From the NCBI GenBank assembly GCA_018398765.1, contig JAHBMJ010000241.1:1-52918 (forward strand): a stretch of 52,918 nt of DNA, in the 5' to 3' direction. The position numbers and the translations under genes are program-made. The stretch is from Chromera velia. Lineage: Eukaryota. A model generated the notes under the pieces. The model saw nothing but the letters and a program-made list of their open reading frames with translations, had not been told where the DNA came from and ran no database searches. Each line of letters starts with the position of its first letter. The stretch's first letter is position 1. This document shows positions 49,504 to 52,918 of this stretch, one piece after another.

Positions 49504-51522
49504 AATGTAACAACTATTGTCACAAGTTAACCATACATAGTCTATTAGCTTGGGGATTAAGAGTGATCATTATCATCATATGCCGTCGTCATCAACCTAT
49601 TTCTAGGCATCCAGCGTTTGGGCCACGGTTTGCATGCATGGCGGCAACGCACGATATAACACACAAGGCAGTTTATAAGAAGTATTATATTTTTCTCTAG
49701 ATTTTTCTAGATATTTTTTCAAGCTTTATCTTTTTAGTGTTAAATTGCATTGTTTATGCTCGTTTTGAGGCTGACTGTAAATTTGTGGAAGATCAACGGC
49801 TGCCGCTTTGGCCGCACGTCTTTCTTCTTCAGAAGCCGAGTGTCACTGCAGCTGAAAGACTGCATGGGCCTGACTGAAAGCCGGAAGGAACCCCTGCTTC
49901 CCACATCTCCCACCTTCTATGGATATGATCAGATTCGACTGGAGAGAAAAGACATAACCAGCACGGGATGGGCTGTCGTCTGTCCTGATCGATGCCATAC
50001 CGCTGCATGCCCTCCCTCCCTCCCTTCAGGTCTCTCTCTACACCACCCACCCACCGAACGTGCCCGAAGTCCTGGTGTTTCTCCCCCCCTCTCTCTCTTT
50101 TTTACGCACAGCCCTGCATGTCCGCGTGTCCTCTCGCAAGAAAACCGGCCCGAGTCGAATCATCCATCGTCAGGGCTGCCGCAGGACTGCGCACATGCAT
50201 TTTGACGGACCGCTGTATTCCCCGATCGATTCCATGCATCGACGAGCTAGTCGGAGGTCGGCTTTCAGGGGACAGGACAAAAGAGAAGAAAGAAAGCGAC
50301 AGGTGGAGAATAAAGGTCCAATCCAAACAAACCATCGGTCCCGGTAAGAGGAGCAGAAGACAGGCAGACAGACTCATTATGGAGTGAACGGAAAGGGCGA
50401 GACGAAGCGGCCGAATGACTGACGGCCTCGACTTAATTGCGAACTATTAAAGATTGACTACTACTAACAACACGACTCTTCCCCCCTCGACCCCTTTCCC
50501 CCTCTCTTTTCTGTGCCCCTTTTTACTACGCGAATCAACGATCAACTACTACAGAGGAAGTGAAAATCTTTCCTTTTGGTTCTCTCCTTTCCTTCTCTTT
50601 CTGTCAAGAGCTACCCCTTTTGCTTTACCGACTGACCGACTTGAAAGAAAATGGCTCGTTCTTTCAACCAACAGCAGATCCTTCCTTCCTTCCTTTCGTC
50701 TCCTTCTGCTGTCATCATGCAGTCTCTTCACTTCACTTTCACTGGTTTCTTTCTTCTCGGTCGTGTGTGTTCTCTCCTCTCGATCGATCCTCTCTCGTCT
50801 TCTCCTGGGTGTCCTCAACGAATCAAGCAAGCAACGCATGGATGATTGCAGTCTGGAGTGATACACAAACAAATAATACAAGATGGATGGGTGGGTGGGT
50901 GCATAGGTGGAGCTGTGCAGGGTAAATTCGTCGCTCGTTCCTACCAGCCTCGAAGTGAGTGCCTATCTCGCTCTCTCTCCCCCTTTCTCTCTGCGTGCCT
51001 TTCACTAATTCATTCATTTAGCGATTCATTGGAAACACAACCATTCGTCCATTGAATCGTTTATTCACAAACAAACAAACGCTCCCCAGCGTCTTTCGCC
51101 CATCCATTCATCCATCCACTCCGCCTTCATTCCTCCTTCATGCTTTCCTTCACCTGTCCCGATTGACGTCTCTCTCGACTGAATTGAGCTCTTTGAAGAG
51201 TCTCTTCTGCTTCTCAGCGTTCATCGGAACTTTGAAGCCATACGTCGTGTACCATCCTGCAGGCACACACCCAGGCAGGCAGGCAGGCAGGCAGACAGGC
51301 TGGCAATCACCACGCAGAAAATGAATGAATGCATTGGAATGAAAGGTTGGGAGGACACGCTGCTTGTTTGCGCGTTCATTAAACGGTACAAAGGAGGGAG
51401 GCAGAACGAGGTACGCATCATTTCCGACCCCCCCTTTGCCAGAACGCTGGCTGATCTCTCAGCACCGGTCCGTTCTTTTTCTGTTCTATTGTACGTGGAA
51501 CAAGAAATCCGGAAAAGAAACA

Positions 51523-51610
<88 letters not shown>

Positions 51611-52712
51611 CCCGCCCCATTCACCTACCGACCTGCCAAGATATTGATGGCTGAGTACGCGTTGTTGAAAGAGTTCCGATTGCTTGCTCTGCATTCAGTG
51701 AGTCACTCAATCAACTGATGGAGAGAAAACAACAAAAACAAAACTAGAGCACAAAACACGATCAGTCGAAGCTCGAAGCCATGCAGAATGAATTTTCGCA
51801 AACAGTCAACGTTTTTTTCTGCGACCTTCCTTGAAAGTTCAATTAGAAAAGAATTGGGAATCTTCTCACCGGACCATCCGATCTGTGACTGCTCAAAGGA
51901 TGCAGTGCATTCACTCATCCGTGCTCCAAAGGGTTGAAAAGGAAAGTGAGGAGGGGAGGAAACGAAGAGAGAGAGCGGTTCACCCCCTTCTTCTTTCGCG
52001 GTCGGGTCGAAGGGCGCCTTCCCCCCCCCTTTGCCCCTTTCCGACGTTCCACAGTGTGTCTGGCAGTTGTTTCTCTCTCAATTTCCATCAATAGTGTCAT
52101 CTCTCTCTCTTTTGTCTTCCTTCCCTTTTTTTTGTTTCCTCCCTCCCTCCCTCCCTTTGATGAATCCCAAGATCACACACAGACAGACGGACAGACAGAC
52201 AGACTATATGTTTCTTCTTCTTTTCCCTCCTTTTCTTCAGACAGACAGACAGACTATATCGTCTTTTCTTTCCCTTTTTCTGCTTCTTCATTCTCTTCTG
52301 TTTCTTTGTTTCTTCTTTTGGCAGGCAGACAGACAGAGAGACAGACAGATAGACAGACACACAGACAGACACACAGACAGACAGCAAGAGAGACAGACAA
52401 ACTGACTGCATTCTCCGATAGAAAGAAAAATATTCCGTCATTTCGTCCTGCATCGCTCTGTTGATCTGCTCGATGCCCTCGTCTCCCTTCTTCTGCAATC
52501 ACGCGCTCGCTCGCCCAGCGAGTGGATGAAGACGTGCCCAGAGACAGACAGAGAGACAGGCAGACAGAGAGACAGAGATATGCGTATACCGAAAACACAC
52601 ACTCACAGAAAGAAACGAGGAAGAAAAGTTTGGAGAAGAGAGAAACTTGGACAGAAAAAAGGGACAGAACCAGCCAGACGATTGCCAGAGCAACAAGAAG
52701 AAACACAAGAGA

Positions 52713-52750
<38 letters not shown>

Positions 52751-52918
52751 CAAACGAAGAGGACATGTGAGACAGAGATTTCGCAACAGACAAAGGGGGG
52801 GGATAAAAAAAAAAAAAAGAAAAAAAAAGCCTCCCGACCTGAAGTGCTGCGTATTTCATGTGCTTCAGGAGCTGCGAGCAGGAAAGCAACAAAAGAGAGG
52901 GGGGGGGGGGGGGGGGGG

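Noticed and set aside
49750..52918. Protein-coding gene in the last 3 kb
   Set aside because: Only microsatellite-derived or low-complexity ORFs are present. It is probably UTR or intron sequence of a gene outside the window.

Overview
This is eukaryotic, intron-rich DNA with microsatellite-filled introns, frequent GTCAGT donors and TGCAG acceptors, and TGCATGCA runs upstream of genes. The style suggests a chromerid alveolate such as Chromera velia, which is an inference. Splicing by hand gives six gene models: a 5'-truncated coiled-coil protein kinase with an atypical catalytic loop; a GT60 GNT1-like Skp1 GlcNAc transferase; a 7-exon LRR protein with one in-frame TGA; a canonical 10-exon poly(A) polymerase; an ADP-ribosylglycohydrolase of the crystallin J1/SelJ type (Cys form); and Derlin with an SHP box. 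A divergent PAP-like nucleotidyltransferase locus sits head-to-head with the PAP and appears partly decayed. Non-coding structure includes two copies of a MITE with 8-bp TSDs, a 691-bp TIR element with an 8-bp TSD, a 400-bp foldback and several duplications. The most striking feature is a roughly 6 kb gene-free block: (TCAG)n arm, about 190-bp satellite with a 4-monomer higher-order pattern, about 211-bp AT-rich satellite, (CA)n, then an inverted (CTGA)n arm, all bracketed by a diverged hairpin-forming direct repeat. Most short ORFs in the supplied track are spurious.
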